Positions 20,242 through 31,200 of a stretch of 64,000 nucleotides of DNA are shown here, one piece after another. The DNA comes from Cyanophora paradoxa CCMP329 (Eukaryota > Plantae > Glaucophyta). A program made the position numbers and the translations under genes. The DNA lies in contig QPMI01000408.1 of NCBI GenBank assembly GCA_004431415.1, positions 186,001 to 250,000 on the forward strand, in the 5' to 3' direction. The notes beneath the pieces were generated by a model that saw only the letters and a program-made list of their open reading frames with translations, was not told the origin of the DNA and made no database searches. How positions within the stretch are numbered: position 1 is the first letter of the stretch; the number at the start of each line of letters is the position of its first letter.

Positions 20242-22445
20242 ATGTCGGCGTCGACGTCCTCCTCCAACGCTTTGCCCGCCATCGACGCGCGTGGCGTCAA
20301 GCTGCAGCTTCCCAGCTTCATCTCCGTCGGCCGCGATCCAGACCTCATCTGCCGCCCGGCGTGCGCTCGTTGCGGTCTCGAGCGGGTCCCCGCCCCGGCG
20401 TACTTCCTCTCCTGCGCCGTCACGAGCCTCCTCGAACGCACGGGCGCGCCGTCCATGAACCAGGCGCTGGAGCTGCACTCGCGCCCCACGTTCGAGGGCC
20501 TCCGATCCGCAGCATCGATATCCTCGAGCGTCGTGTGCCTCACCTGCGCTCTCACGCTTGTCGGAACCGCCGCCGCCCGCCCCGCGTCCTCCCGGACGTT
20601 CGAGTGCCCCGCCTGCAAGGAGCACCACCCGGCGCCAGACGGTCTCGTCGTCTCCTCGCGGTTCGACGCCTACGTATCTCACCTACAGTTCATCGAGGAC
20701 GCCAAGAGCTCGGACGCGTGGCTCGTTCCCGAGGTCGTGGGGCGCCAGGCGCTATGCGCTGTCTTCGAGCGCGTCGTCGCCATGCAGGAGGCGTCCGAGC
20801 GAGTTGGCGACGGGCCGCCCGAGCCAAATGCCACTCGGTCCACCTCTTCGAAAGCCAAAGTCGCCGGCGGCCTTCCGCCGCCGGCGCCCGACGAGAAGGT
20901 CGCCCCGCGAACTTCGGAGAGCCCGCGGGTCCGGAATCCAGACGCAGAGGAAAGCTCGGGCCCGGGCTCCGGCGCAGCGCCGCCCGCGGAGGCGTCAGCG
21001 TCGGCGTCGGCGTCGGCGTCGGCGACCACGGCGACCACGGCGACCACGGCGGTTGACCGCAAGCAAAAGGGGAAGCAGGCCGCGGTTGCGCCATCGGACG
21101 GTCCCGCGACCGCACAGCCCGCCGCGGAAGCTGCCCCCGCCGAAGACAAGGTGGCCGAGGAGCGCACCAAGCCGCAGCTGCGGAAGAGGCCCCCGCCCGA
21201 GGAGATTTCAAAGACGCCGCCCTCCGCCGAGCCCCATGCGAGCGGACCCGCGGCGCCTCCCGCAAAGCGTCAGCGGAGCAAATGGGGCGCGGGGCGGACC
21301 GCCCGCCTCCCCTACGAAAGCGATAAACTGGTGCGATCCCTCTCGAAGAGCTCGACGCGCCCCCTCCGCCCTCGAGCTCGACGCGTGACCGTATCTTAAC
21401 CACAGGTGAAAGTTCTGTACACGGCCTACTCTTGCCCAGTCGATTCCAAGGAGGATCCCAGCCCGGAGGGCGCAACGTCGGCCTCCGAATCCGACCGCGA
21501 GGGATCCCCGGCGGCCCCCGCGGCGGGCCCGTCGACCGCGAAAGAGGCGGCCTCCGAGGAGGGCGCCGGCGGATCTGATGGTGACGCGGACGGCTCGCGC
21601 GCCGGAAGCCCAGACCCCCGCGAACATGAGCTGGCGGACGCGTGGAACAAGGCGTACACGGCAGCCGCCGGGGGCGAAGTCGGCGCCCTCCCCGCCACCG
21701 CCGGCGAGGGGAGTACGGACGATGGCAGCGCCAGCCCCACCGAAGTCGACCCGGAGAGCCTGGCCGCCTACGAGCTCGGCCTCTGCGCGGGCGTGGACCC
21801 TTCCCTCGTCGGCCGGCGGCTCGACGGCAACGCCGAGGCGCGCGCCGAGCTCCTCGCTCGCGTCCAGCACGCAGGGCGCGAGCGAATTCGAGCCCTTCTC
21901 CTCATCGCTGCCGCTACGCTGGGAGCGTACCAAAAGTACCGCGATCAGCACGGGAATAACAGAAAGCTATGGGCCCACTGGCGCAAACAGCACGTCTTTC
22001 TGAAGTACGACTCGATTCTCGGTGCGCTGGCGCATTGGCAAAACGTTCGATCGCCATGCCATGCATCCGATGCTCACGCGGGGCTCGCGCAGAGGCGATT
22101 GGGTTCCGTCTGGAAATCAACTCATTGAAAGTTGAACTCTACAGCGACCTAAGGTATCTGGCGGAGACCGTCCGTCGCTTCCCCGGCCTCGCGAAAATTT
22201 GCGGGGCGGGCATCTCTCCCGTCGACTTCGTATCCACGGTGCCTCTTCTGCGCACGGCCGACGCCGAGGGCGCGAAACGAGTTGCGGCCCGGGTGGTGGA
22301 CGAGGTCCGGCGGGCCGTAGGCTACCAGTTCGACGAGTCTGTGCTCGCCCTCACGGGCGCAGACGGCGATTCGAATTCGGCGGCTGCCAAAAACGAAGAA
22401 AATAAGGCGGCGGGCGAATCGGAGGACGGAGGCGACCGCGAGTGA
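20242..22445 (+). CDS. Divergent RING/Zn-finger protein with long low-complexity linker; exons 20242-21330, 21406-22021, 22093-22445
   Basis: CARC..LSC..H..CLTC..CPAC. Introns 21331-21405 (GTGCGA..CACAG) and 22022-22092 (GTGCGC..CTCAC..GCGCAG) join three ORFs in frame. Confidence 0.65.
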
Positions 22446-23470
22446 TTATCGGATTACGCTGGGTAATTTGAAATAAATCTGCGTGGCTCGTCGAGTTCAC
22501 ACCACCTTAGTACCAGTTGATTAGCCCAAGTGGCTCGGCAATGGTCATAGGCCGAATAACTGTCGTTTGCTTTTGCCTAGTTGACGACTGTATACGTATT
22601 TTGACCAGCTAACTCACTGAGTCACGAGAATCATTACATTTGTTCGTATATAAATTCCGAAAAAAAGTTCAATCATGAAGCTTGATCATGAAACAATATG
22701 TCAAGCCGTAGCCCTGGTCACTCTCTCAGTACTAGCCTAGTATACGTAGTGGCCATGGCTAGCTATAGAGTCATGATATCGATATCGGTCGATATCAGTG
22801 ACTCAGTACTAGTGACTCAGTGATCATGAGAGAGTGGCGAAGTTTGATCATGACCCCCTCCAAAATACATTCGTCATGGTGTATGCATGATCGATTTGAT
22901 TAACTCATCAATGCATATGAATCTGCAGTTGAGTTTAATTTAGAGGTCGAGACCTAGACCCAGAGCTACTAGCCTAGCCTATCATAGCAGTATAGCTAGC
23001 TATATAGTAGCTATAGGTCGTACTCATGATGATCGCACGCCCGGCCGGCGCCATGATAATCCGATGATCATGATCAAATGCCCAATCTGCAAACTGCCAG
23101 ACTGCGCACCAACTTCCGACAAGACACCCGCCGGCGCCACACACGTGCTCACGGTGTCGACTGCAGCGCTAGCCTCAGGCCTCAGGGCCTTGGGCCTCGC
23201 AAGCGACCTCGCCCGTACGCGTGGCGTTGGCGTTAGCTCAACATGAGACCCCGGACCCCGGCCCGGCCCCGGCCCCGTGCGTGAGCACCCTTCGGGGCCC
23301 GGTCGTCATGAAGTGCATTATAGTTTGAATGGATTTTTGCGGCCCGGCGGCGGCCCGTGCAACTTGGCAAGCATTGACACCGTGGGGACACTGAAAGAGG
23401 GGGGCGGGGCGGGGCACCCTTCTCGGCGCCCGCGGCCGGCGGCCCCCGTCGAGACGCCGACGCGTCATGA

Positions 23471-24305
23471 TCACATGTCGCCGCCGCGCATGCGGCGTGC
23501 GAGTTGAATATCCTGTAAATAATTTCGAGACGAGTGAGTGCGCAGGCGCCCTGGCGGGCCGGGGGCGGGCGCGAACCTTGGGCATGATGGTGATGCGCTT
23601 GGCGTGAATCGCAGCCAGGTTGCTCTCGCTGAGGTGGTTCACGAGGAAGGCCTCGGCGGCCTCGCGGAGGCAGAGGATCGCGTCGCGGCTCCAGCGCAGG
23701 TCGAACTTCTCTTGCCCCTCCAGCTTCTTCTCGTCCTTTACGCCGTCCCCGATCTCCTTGCACTGCGGACGAGGCCCTGAGGGGCTGCGGGGCGGACGGG
23801 CCCGACGGAGCGGGCCGGACGTACAAGGCGGGCGAAGGGCGCGAAGCTGATGAGCGAGTTCGTGGTCTTCTGGTACTTTCGAATCTGTGGTCCCCGGCCA
23901 GGCCCCGTGCGTGAGGGCCGGGACCAGGGGTGCGGCGCGGGCGCGAAGGGGCGGGGATCACCTCGCGCAGCGCGACCGTCCCTATCAGCCCGCGCCGCCG
24001 CGGCCGGCGCCGGTGAGTGCGTCAAGATCAGCGCCGCGGTTCGGCGGGCGCGCGGGCGGGGACGCCGGGGTATGACCGGGGCGGTAGCGGTGAGGCTTCT
24101 TGACGCCGCCGGCGGCGGGCGCGGCGCGCCGGGCCTTCTTGGAGATCAGCTTCTTTGGGACATCGGCGAATCGCTTCCGTGGGGCCTTGGCCCCCGTTCC
24201 CTTCTGTCCCTGCGGCCGATGTCGACGTCGATTCCGACGATCGGCTAGCACCGCGGCCGCGCGCGCCATCGCTCGATCGCTTACCGTAAACTTCATGCGT
24301 GCCAT
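23471..24305 (-). CDS. Divergent histone H3 variant (153 aa, 6 exons: 24305-24285, 24209-24077, 23981-23962, 23884-23825, 23762-23577, 23512-23471)
   Basis: Spliced product [126 protein letters not shown]. All five GT-AG introns are phase-consistent. Confidence 0.93.
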
Positions 24306-24753
24306 GGCGGTGTCGAGCTCCGCTGCGCCAGTCTTTGGGCCGGGCGCCCGTGCGGCGGCGGAGCCTTTTGACCACGACCGGCCCGGAGGGACCAAGCCGC
24401 GCTCCGGCACGTCGCTAGACGCTCTGCGGACGCCATTGCTCACGGGAGCGCCGTAGGCGGCGCTGTAGCTAGCGCCGTCGCGGGCACGAGCGTCGCCCGC
24501 GCGCGGGGGCCGTGCGTACGCCAGGCAGCCGTTGGAAAGTACGGGGGCGGTCACCGTGGCGCATGCGCATTAACGGGCTCAATTCGAGCATCCGCACCGC
24601 GCGCGGGCTAGCTCGATCAACGCGTTTCGGACCTGAGCGCGACGGACGGTCAGGTGACGACAGCGAGGCTCTGAAAGGTGCAGAAGAGTCGTTTACGTGC
24701 TCGGCTAGCTCTAGTACGCGCCGGGGATGTCGGAAAAGAATCTGAGAGGGATT

Positions 24754-24825
24754 GTGCCGGGGCGGGATTCGAACCCGCACGATTATGAGCAGGAGCAACC
24801 GCGACCGAAACGCGTACCCCCGGGA
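24754..24825 (-). tRNA. tRNA-like element / degenerate tRNA-Met(CAT) pseudogene
   Basis: Perfect T-arm GCGGG-TTCGAAT-CCCGC, 6/7-bp acceptor TCCCGGG/CCCGGCA, D-like stem CGCG/CGCG, Met-type loop CTCATAA without a proper anticodon stem, and TTTT ~17 nt downstream. Confidence 0.5.
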
Positions 24826-25827
24826 CCCCCGAAGGATGGAATATGCACGAGGAGGCCGTGCTCTCGTGATAGCCGGCGCGCCGGGTCTCGGGTCCACTTA
24901 GAAGGCGGCGCCCCTAGAGGGACCGATTTTGTATGGGGACCAAGGTCTATGGGCCCGCCCCGATTTGGGATCCGCTGCACACCGGCGTCGAATTTGGCAT
25001 GCGGGGACCCACTTTACTCTTCGATTTTAGCTCGGTGCCGATCCAGCATTTTTTACTATCGAGCGAGATGCCCAGTGAAAAGGGGCACGAAGTTCTCGAG
25101 GAACTTCGGCGGCTCGACGCGCACGAGGGCGGTCGGCTCTAGCGCGGCGCGCAGCCGGCTCTTCAGCACGCAGGGCAAGAGTTCCGATTAAAGAACTCAA
25201 GCCAGCCAGTCTCCGGGGTCACCGGAGCGCAGGCCCTCACTTTTCGGCTACCGGGGGTGACCGGCAGCTTACTGTGAGCAAACGTCTGGGAATGTCACTA
25301 CGATGCTACGGTGCGCGTGCGCGGCGCGCGCGCGAAGGCGGGATCGCGAGCGACCCGACCTGACCCTTAAAGATTCAGCTCGTGGCAGTGGCGCCTGTCG
25401 CGTGCGGGATTAGTGGGGAAGCACGCGGGGAGGCTCCCGGTCGAGCGTGGCTCGACGGGGCTCAGCGGATCACGAGAAACCACAGTGCAAGCCAGTAGTA
25501 TTGGTAGAACTGTGTACCCGGACAAACCCGGTACACGTACCCCTAGCTCGGAGTACTTCGGTCACTGACTCAGGGGAATCGCTGTACCCTGGCAAATACA
25601 CGTGTTCGGCCGTGGCGTACTAACGCCGACATCGGCCCTAGCGGCCCGTAGGCAGCTCTGCAACTAGCAGCACGAAGGCTGCACCTAGCTACTAGTAAGG
25701 TAGCTGTACAAGCTCATAGAAGCGCTAGGACAGCGCTAATCCTGAATGCGACACTGATAGAAAGCATTCGTATCCATGATCGATGGATTTTATCTGATCG
25801 AATTTCGACTTCGCGCGCATGCGCAGG

Positions 25828-27615
25828 TGTACGTCACAGTCGCGGAGAACAACCATCGGACCGGGGTCTCCCTCGCCCTTGTCGTCTGCTCCCTCTTCGT
25901 CTCGACGGTATGAGATAAATCTTTGCTGAAGCTTCAGGTTCGAATAACGTTCTGCACTGCCGGTCATGATCAGATCGTCTTCATAAAATGCTTCGTATGC
26001 GCTGTGATCGAGTCCAAGCAGCGTGGCATCTCGTGCGCTGCTTCCAAAAAATTCGATCGATGTCTAAATAAAATTCCTTCCGACGTGCCCTCGAGCTCTG
26101 GATTTAAGTTCTCGCGGCAGGCTGTTCTCCTACATGGGTGGCCTGCTGAAGGGGGGCGGCTTCCTGCCGTACCAGGACATCCTGCTGAAGGAGGAGGTCT
26201 ACAAGCTGCAGATGAAGCGGCTGCAGGAGCTCGACGACGACGACCTGGAGCGGCTCTTCGACATGGCGGGGACGAACAAGTTCCTGCGCGTCCTCAACCT
26301 CGCCTCCAACGGCCTCGGCCGCCGCGGCGTCGAGCGCGTCGTCAACCGCTGCCTCCTCCAGCCCTCCCACCTCACTTCCGAGTTCCCTCGCCCTCGACCA
26401 CAATGCCATAGACTCGGCCGGTGTGCCCGCGGCTGATCATGAGCTGAGCTTTAGATCTTAACTACATTTTCTGTGGCCTCTAAGAGAAGTGCAGGAGCGA
26501 CAATGATCGCCGAGGCTCTTAGCACCGGCATCTCTGCTCTCCGGGTGCGCGAAAAATGAAGATTTCGCGGGCGGAGCCAGAGCCTAACGAGATTTTCGCG
26601 CTGTCCTTTCAAGCAGGAGCTGGCATTGGCAAGGAATCACATCAACGACGCGGGTCCGCCTGGATTCGTGCCTCGGCCTGATTTAATTTTGCGGGTCGGC
26701 TCGCAGCTGGAAAATGCAGAATATTGAACTTCGCGCGAAACAGGGGCGGGCGCCATCGCGGGGGCGCTTGCGGCGCACAACCTGCTCGAGAAGGTCGACC
26801 TCTCCTATAACGACATCGCCGACGCCGGTCCCCGCCGCCGCCCTGCGAACTTTAGGGGGCCGTCCCGAGCGGGCGGGGCGGGGGCAGGTGCCTCGCGGAT
26901 GGCGCAGGCGGTGGAGGCGAGCGAGTGCCTGCGGAGCGTGCGGCTGAAGGGGAACGCGATCGGGAGCCGGGGGGCGGCGGAGCTCGCCGCCGCCCTCCGC
27001 CGCAACGCCGTCCTCCGCCTCCTCGACCTCTCCGAGAACCAGATCGGCCCCGACGGTCCGTCTCCCCGCCCCTCCTTTCTCGCGCCCGCTCATCACGCGC
27101 GGCACAGGCGCGGCTGCGCTTGCGGGGGCCCTCACCGTTAACGCAACCCTCCTGCGAGTGCACACGCCCTCCGGACCCGCTGCGCCCGCATCAATACTTG
27201 GGTCCGCCCGCGGTCGCAGTTCGGCCTGAGCGGGAACGACGTCGGGGACGCGGGGGCGGAGGCGCTGGCGGGGGCCGTGCGGGCGAACGGGCGGCTGGAG
27301 GACCTGCGCGTCGCCCGCTGCGGCTTCGGCGAGGAGGGCCTCTGGGCCCTCGTCGAGGCCCTCTTCGTGAACGGCGCGCTCCAGGTCGTCGACGTGCGCG
27401 GCAACGACCCCGGCGGGGCCTGCCGCCCCCTGCTCGAGGCCGCCGCCCCGCAGCTCCGCGCCCGCCCCGGCGGCCGCCGCCTCGCGCTCCTCTGCGACGA
27501 CGGGTCGGGCCCGGGGGCGGGGGGGGACGAGCCGGGGTTCGCGGGGCCCGCCGGCGGGTCCGGCCGCCGCCTCGGCCGCCTCTTCAGCGCCCGCCCCGCG
27601 TACGAGAAGCTCTAA
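25828..27615 (+). pseudogene. 5'-truncated, frameshifted paralogue of the XK/LRR gene
   Basis: Exons VYVTVAENNHRTGVSL, IVFIKCFV..ESKQRGIS, YMGGLLKGGGFLPYQD.. and LRR exons match the minus-strand gene. There is an apparent 7-nt frameshift near 26377 and no homologous upstream exons. Confidence 0.7.
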
Positions 27616-27759
27616 GTAGCTCCTCATCTAGAGTTCCTAAATTCTTACATAGGACATCATCAAAACCACAAGCAAATCGAATATACCGTGGAACGCAAAC
27701 CGCAAATCTAAAGAACAGGGGAAGCTCGAGCCCGAGCCGGCCGCCTGGGGCGCAGCTAG

Positions 27760-30700
27760 CTAGGAGGCGCCGAGCTCGACGAGGATGTGGCGCCCGCGGA
27801 CGGCCGTCTCCGCCCTGTGCAGCGCCTCGCCCTCCCGCACTGCCGAGGCTCTCAGCATCTGAGCTCTACACTCTTAAAGCGGGGCGGGCGGGGGCGCGCC
27901 CTCGAAGGTGACGTCGTTGTCGCGGAGGTCGAGGATGCGGAGGGTGGCGTTCTCGAGGAGGGCCTCCACCAGGGCCCGCACGCCCCCGTCGCCCAGCCCG
28001 CACTTCGCCAGCCGCACGTCCTCCAGCACCGCGTTGCGCCGCAGGGCGAGGGCCAGCGCCTCGGCCCCGGCGTCCTCCACCGCGTTCACGCTCAGGCCCA
28101 GCTGCGCGGCGGCGGCCGCGGCGGCGTCAGAGTTGGCTAGATGCAGGGACGGGGCGGGGGGAGGGGCGCACCCGCTGCAGGCCGGTGTTCGTGTGGAGCG
28201 CCTCGGCGACGGCGATCGCGCCTGCGCCGCGTGCGGTGAGCGGCCGCGCCTCAAGGGGAATGAGCTCGGGAGGGGGGGGGGGGGGAGGGGGAGGGAGGGG
28301 GGGGGGAAGCGGGGTGGGAGGGGGATTTGGGGGTAGGATAGGGAGGGGGACGCGAGAAAAGAGCCGGGGAGGGGAGGGGAAGGAGAAGGAAGGAGAAGAA
28401 GGGGGGAGGGGGCGGTCGGGGGGGGGGGGGGGCGGAAGGGAGGTAGGGTAGGCAACAGGGGCGGGGCGGACCGTCGGGGCCGATCTGGTTCTCGGAGAGG
28501 TCGAGGAGGCGGAGGACGGCGTTGCGGCGGAGGGCGGCGGCGAGCTCCGCCGCCCCCCGGCTCCCGATGGCGTTGCCCTTCAGCCGCACGCTCCGCAGGC
28601 ACTCGCTCGCCTCCACCGCCTGCGCCATCCGCGAGGCACCTGCCCCGCCCCGCCCGCTCAGGATGGCCTCGGCCGCGGAGACGGGGCGGGCACCAGCGTC
28701 GGCGATGTCGTTGTAGGAGAGGTCGACCTTCTCGAGCAGGTTGTGCGCCGCCAGCGCCTCGCCGAGCTCCACGGCCCCCGCGTCGTCGATCCGGTTGTGC
28801 GCCAGCCCCAGCTCCTGCTCGGTTCGGTTCGGTTCGGTCCGGTCCGGTTCGGTTTAGGGGCAGTCTGAGGGGGGCAGTCGCGCACCCGGAGGCCGGCGAT
28901 GCGGGTGCTGAGGGCCTCGGCGATCATCGTCGCGCCGCGCGAGTCGATGTGGTTCCGGTCCAGCACGAGCACGGTGAGGTGGGAGGGCTGGAGGAGGCAG
29001 CGGTTGACGACGCGCTCCACGCCGCGGCGGCCGAGGCCGTTGGAGGCGAGGTTGAGGACGCGCAGGAACTTGTTCGTCCCCGCCATGTCGAAGAGCCGCT
29101 CCAGGTCGTCGTCGTCCAGCTCCTGCAGCCGCTTCATCTGCAGCTTGTAGACCTCCTCCTTCAGCAGGATGTCCTGGTACGGCAGGAACCCGCCCCCCTT
29201 CAGCAGGCCACCCATGTACTCGAAGAGGCTGCGCACGCGGCCCGCGCGTCGGTCAGGAGGAGAGCGGAGGACACCGGAAAGAGAGGAGAGGGGCGCGCGC
29301 ACGAGATGCCGCGCTGCTTGGACTCGAGGATGGCGAGGACGAAGCACTTGATGAAGACGATCTGCGCAGGAGGGATCGGAGGAAGGCATGATCAGAATGC
29401 GAGTGGAAGAGATCAGAAGGGTGCGGCTGGCGCGGCCTCTATGGCGGGGCCGCGAGCGAGCGGGCGGGGCGCACTGTGGAGACGCAGAGGGAGGTGATGA
29501 CGAGGTAGAGGGAGATGCCCGTCTTCTGGTGCCGCTCCTCCACCGTCACGTACACCTGCGAGCGAAGTCAGCTCCCCGCTCCCCGGGGGCGGGCGAGGGG
29601 GAGCGCGCGCGCCTGGAAGATGTTCTGGGGCAGGGTCTCGAGGGAGGTCTCGGTGAAGAGGCGGAGGCGGAGGTAGTAGCGGGCGATGCGCCCAAGGCCC
29701 GAGCTGTCGACGGGCTCCGAGAAGAGGTACCGCACCGAGATCCACACGTCGTACATGAGGCACCAGACGGGGGAGAGGACCCAGTAGCCCAGCATCCAGC
29801 GCCGCGTCTCCCAGCCCCGCCGCTCGCACTCGCGCCGGAAGGCCCGCGACAGGAAGAAGAGCAGGAAGAGGTACGGGAAGGCGACGAGGCCCGACCAGAC
29901 GGCGAGCCTGCGGGCGACGCGCCGTCAGCGGCGAGGGAGGCGCCGGCCGTGGCAAGCAGGCGGCCGGGTTCAAACGCGCCACTTGTGCTGCTCCTCTGCG
30001 ATCAGGGGCGGGATCAGCCGGGGCCGAAGGAATCAGAGCGCAGCCCCGAGAGAGACTGGGGCGGCCGGACCCTTCCAGAAGTTGAAGCAAATGGCGATGT
30101 CCATGATCATGTCCTGCGGGGCGGCAGGGCTCGGCGGCTGCCGTTGGAGGCGGGCGGCGGGCGGCGGGCGGCGGACGGCGAGGAAGAGGCCGCGGTCGAA
30201 GCAGGCGAGGATGCGGACGACGACCTCCCAGGCCCCCGGGTGCCGGTCGAAGAACTGCCCGCGGGCGGCCGCATCGGCGCGGGTGGAAGGGGCGGGACGG
30301 CGGCGGGGCGCACGGCGTTGATGGGGTCGATAATGCAGTACTGTATCAGGTTCCCTATGAGGATCACTGCGGGGTGGGGCGGAGGCCGGGGCCGGGGCGT
30401 GAGATGCGCGCGGGGGCAGTCGGCGGCGGACGAGACGGCGGACCCAGAACGCTCAGCTTCCGCAGGAAAGAGCGCTGGACGCGAGAGGTGGAGGTGGACG
30501 CCACGCGGACCAGCGAGTGCGCGGCTGCGGGGCGGGCGACGTGGCGCGAGTCAAGGGGAGCGAGCCGCAGACGATGCGCAGGCGGGTGGGCACCGTGCGT
30601 GAGGGGGTTCTGCAGAGTGGGCGGGGCGCTTCTCTCCGGCGCCTCGTCGGAGCGCGGGTGGCCCGGCGTCAGCAGGGGCTGGCCCCTCGTGATGACTTCT

Positions 30701-31200
30701 TGATCGCTGAGGCTCGTGGTGGAAAAGTCGCGCGGGAGCGCGCCCTTGGCGGGCGGAATCCTCGGAAGCGACGCCAGCGACGGGGGCTTGAGCAGCTGGC
30801 GCGGCGCCTCGGCGTCCGGCGGAGGATGGGCGCGCTGACCGCTGGCATGCGTGAAGGACCGCTGCAGGGGCTCCAGCGCGCGCCCGCGACCTCCAGGAGC
30901 ATCCCCGCATACAGCAGGCCTGTCGCTCGCCGCTCGCTGCAGCTTGAGGTCGTCGTCGTCGCTGGAGGATTCGTATGCGACCTGGGCGCTGGCCGGCGCT
31001 TGGGGCTGCTGCTGCGTACTGGTGGCTGCGTTTGGCGAGTCCATAGCGCGATGAGAAGCGCCTGCGCCCTCACCGCCGACTGCGCCACGGCCAGTGCTCT
31101 CTGCCGAGGCTGCCCGGTCGAGCGTCGGCGGCGAAAGCGGTTTCGCGCCGCCGGGGCTTGAGCGATCTGCAGTTGTCTGCATCTCGCTCGCGGTCGACAT
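27760..31200 (-). CDS. Multi-pass membrane protein (XK-related-like) fused to RNI-like leucine-rich repeats
   Basis: Hydrophobic exons with RLFTETSLETLPQNIFQ (XK-type ExxxExxPQxxxQ), then LxLxxNxIxxxGAxxLAxAL repeats; many short introns. Confidence 0.75.

Larger units (their letters stand above)
1..25000. mobile_element. Endogenous DNA-virus-like / self-replicating giant element; left end outside window, right boundary uncertain (between ~22,450 and ~25,800)
   Basis: Cluster of PolB, UL9-type helicase, MORC ATPase, TFIIB, RING, F-box, Skp1-like and H3 genes. Long ORFs carry 0-2 introns, versus an intron every ~100-200 bp in genes right of 25.8 kb. Shared promoter motif and palindromic tandem arrays. 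Confidence 0.8.

Noticed and set aside
24755-24987. tmRNA or long intron-containing tRNA using GCCGGTG near 24986 as the 5' strand
   Set aside because: A closer 72-nt fold explains the T-arm, and there is no tmRNA-type alanine acceptor or tag frame.
1-25800. Capsid, terminase, integrase genes, terminal inverted repeats or target-site duplication
   Set aside because: None recognisable in the window. The other end of the element is not visible, so neither virion formation nor the integration mechanism can be claimed.
28260-28450. G-run tract as a special regulatory element
   Set aside because: It lies inside an intron of the LRR gene; similar C/G runs occur in other introns (e.g. ~33128-33157) and may be low-complexity expansion or sequencing noise.
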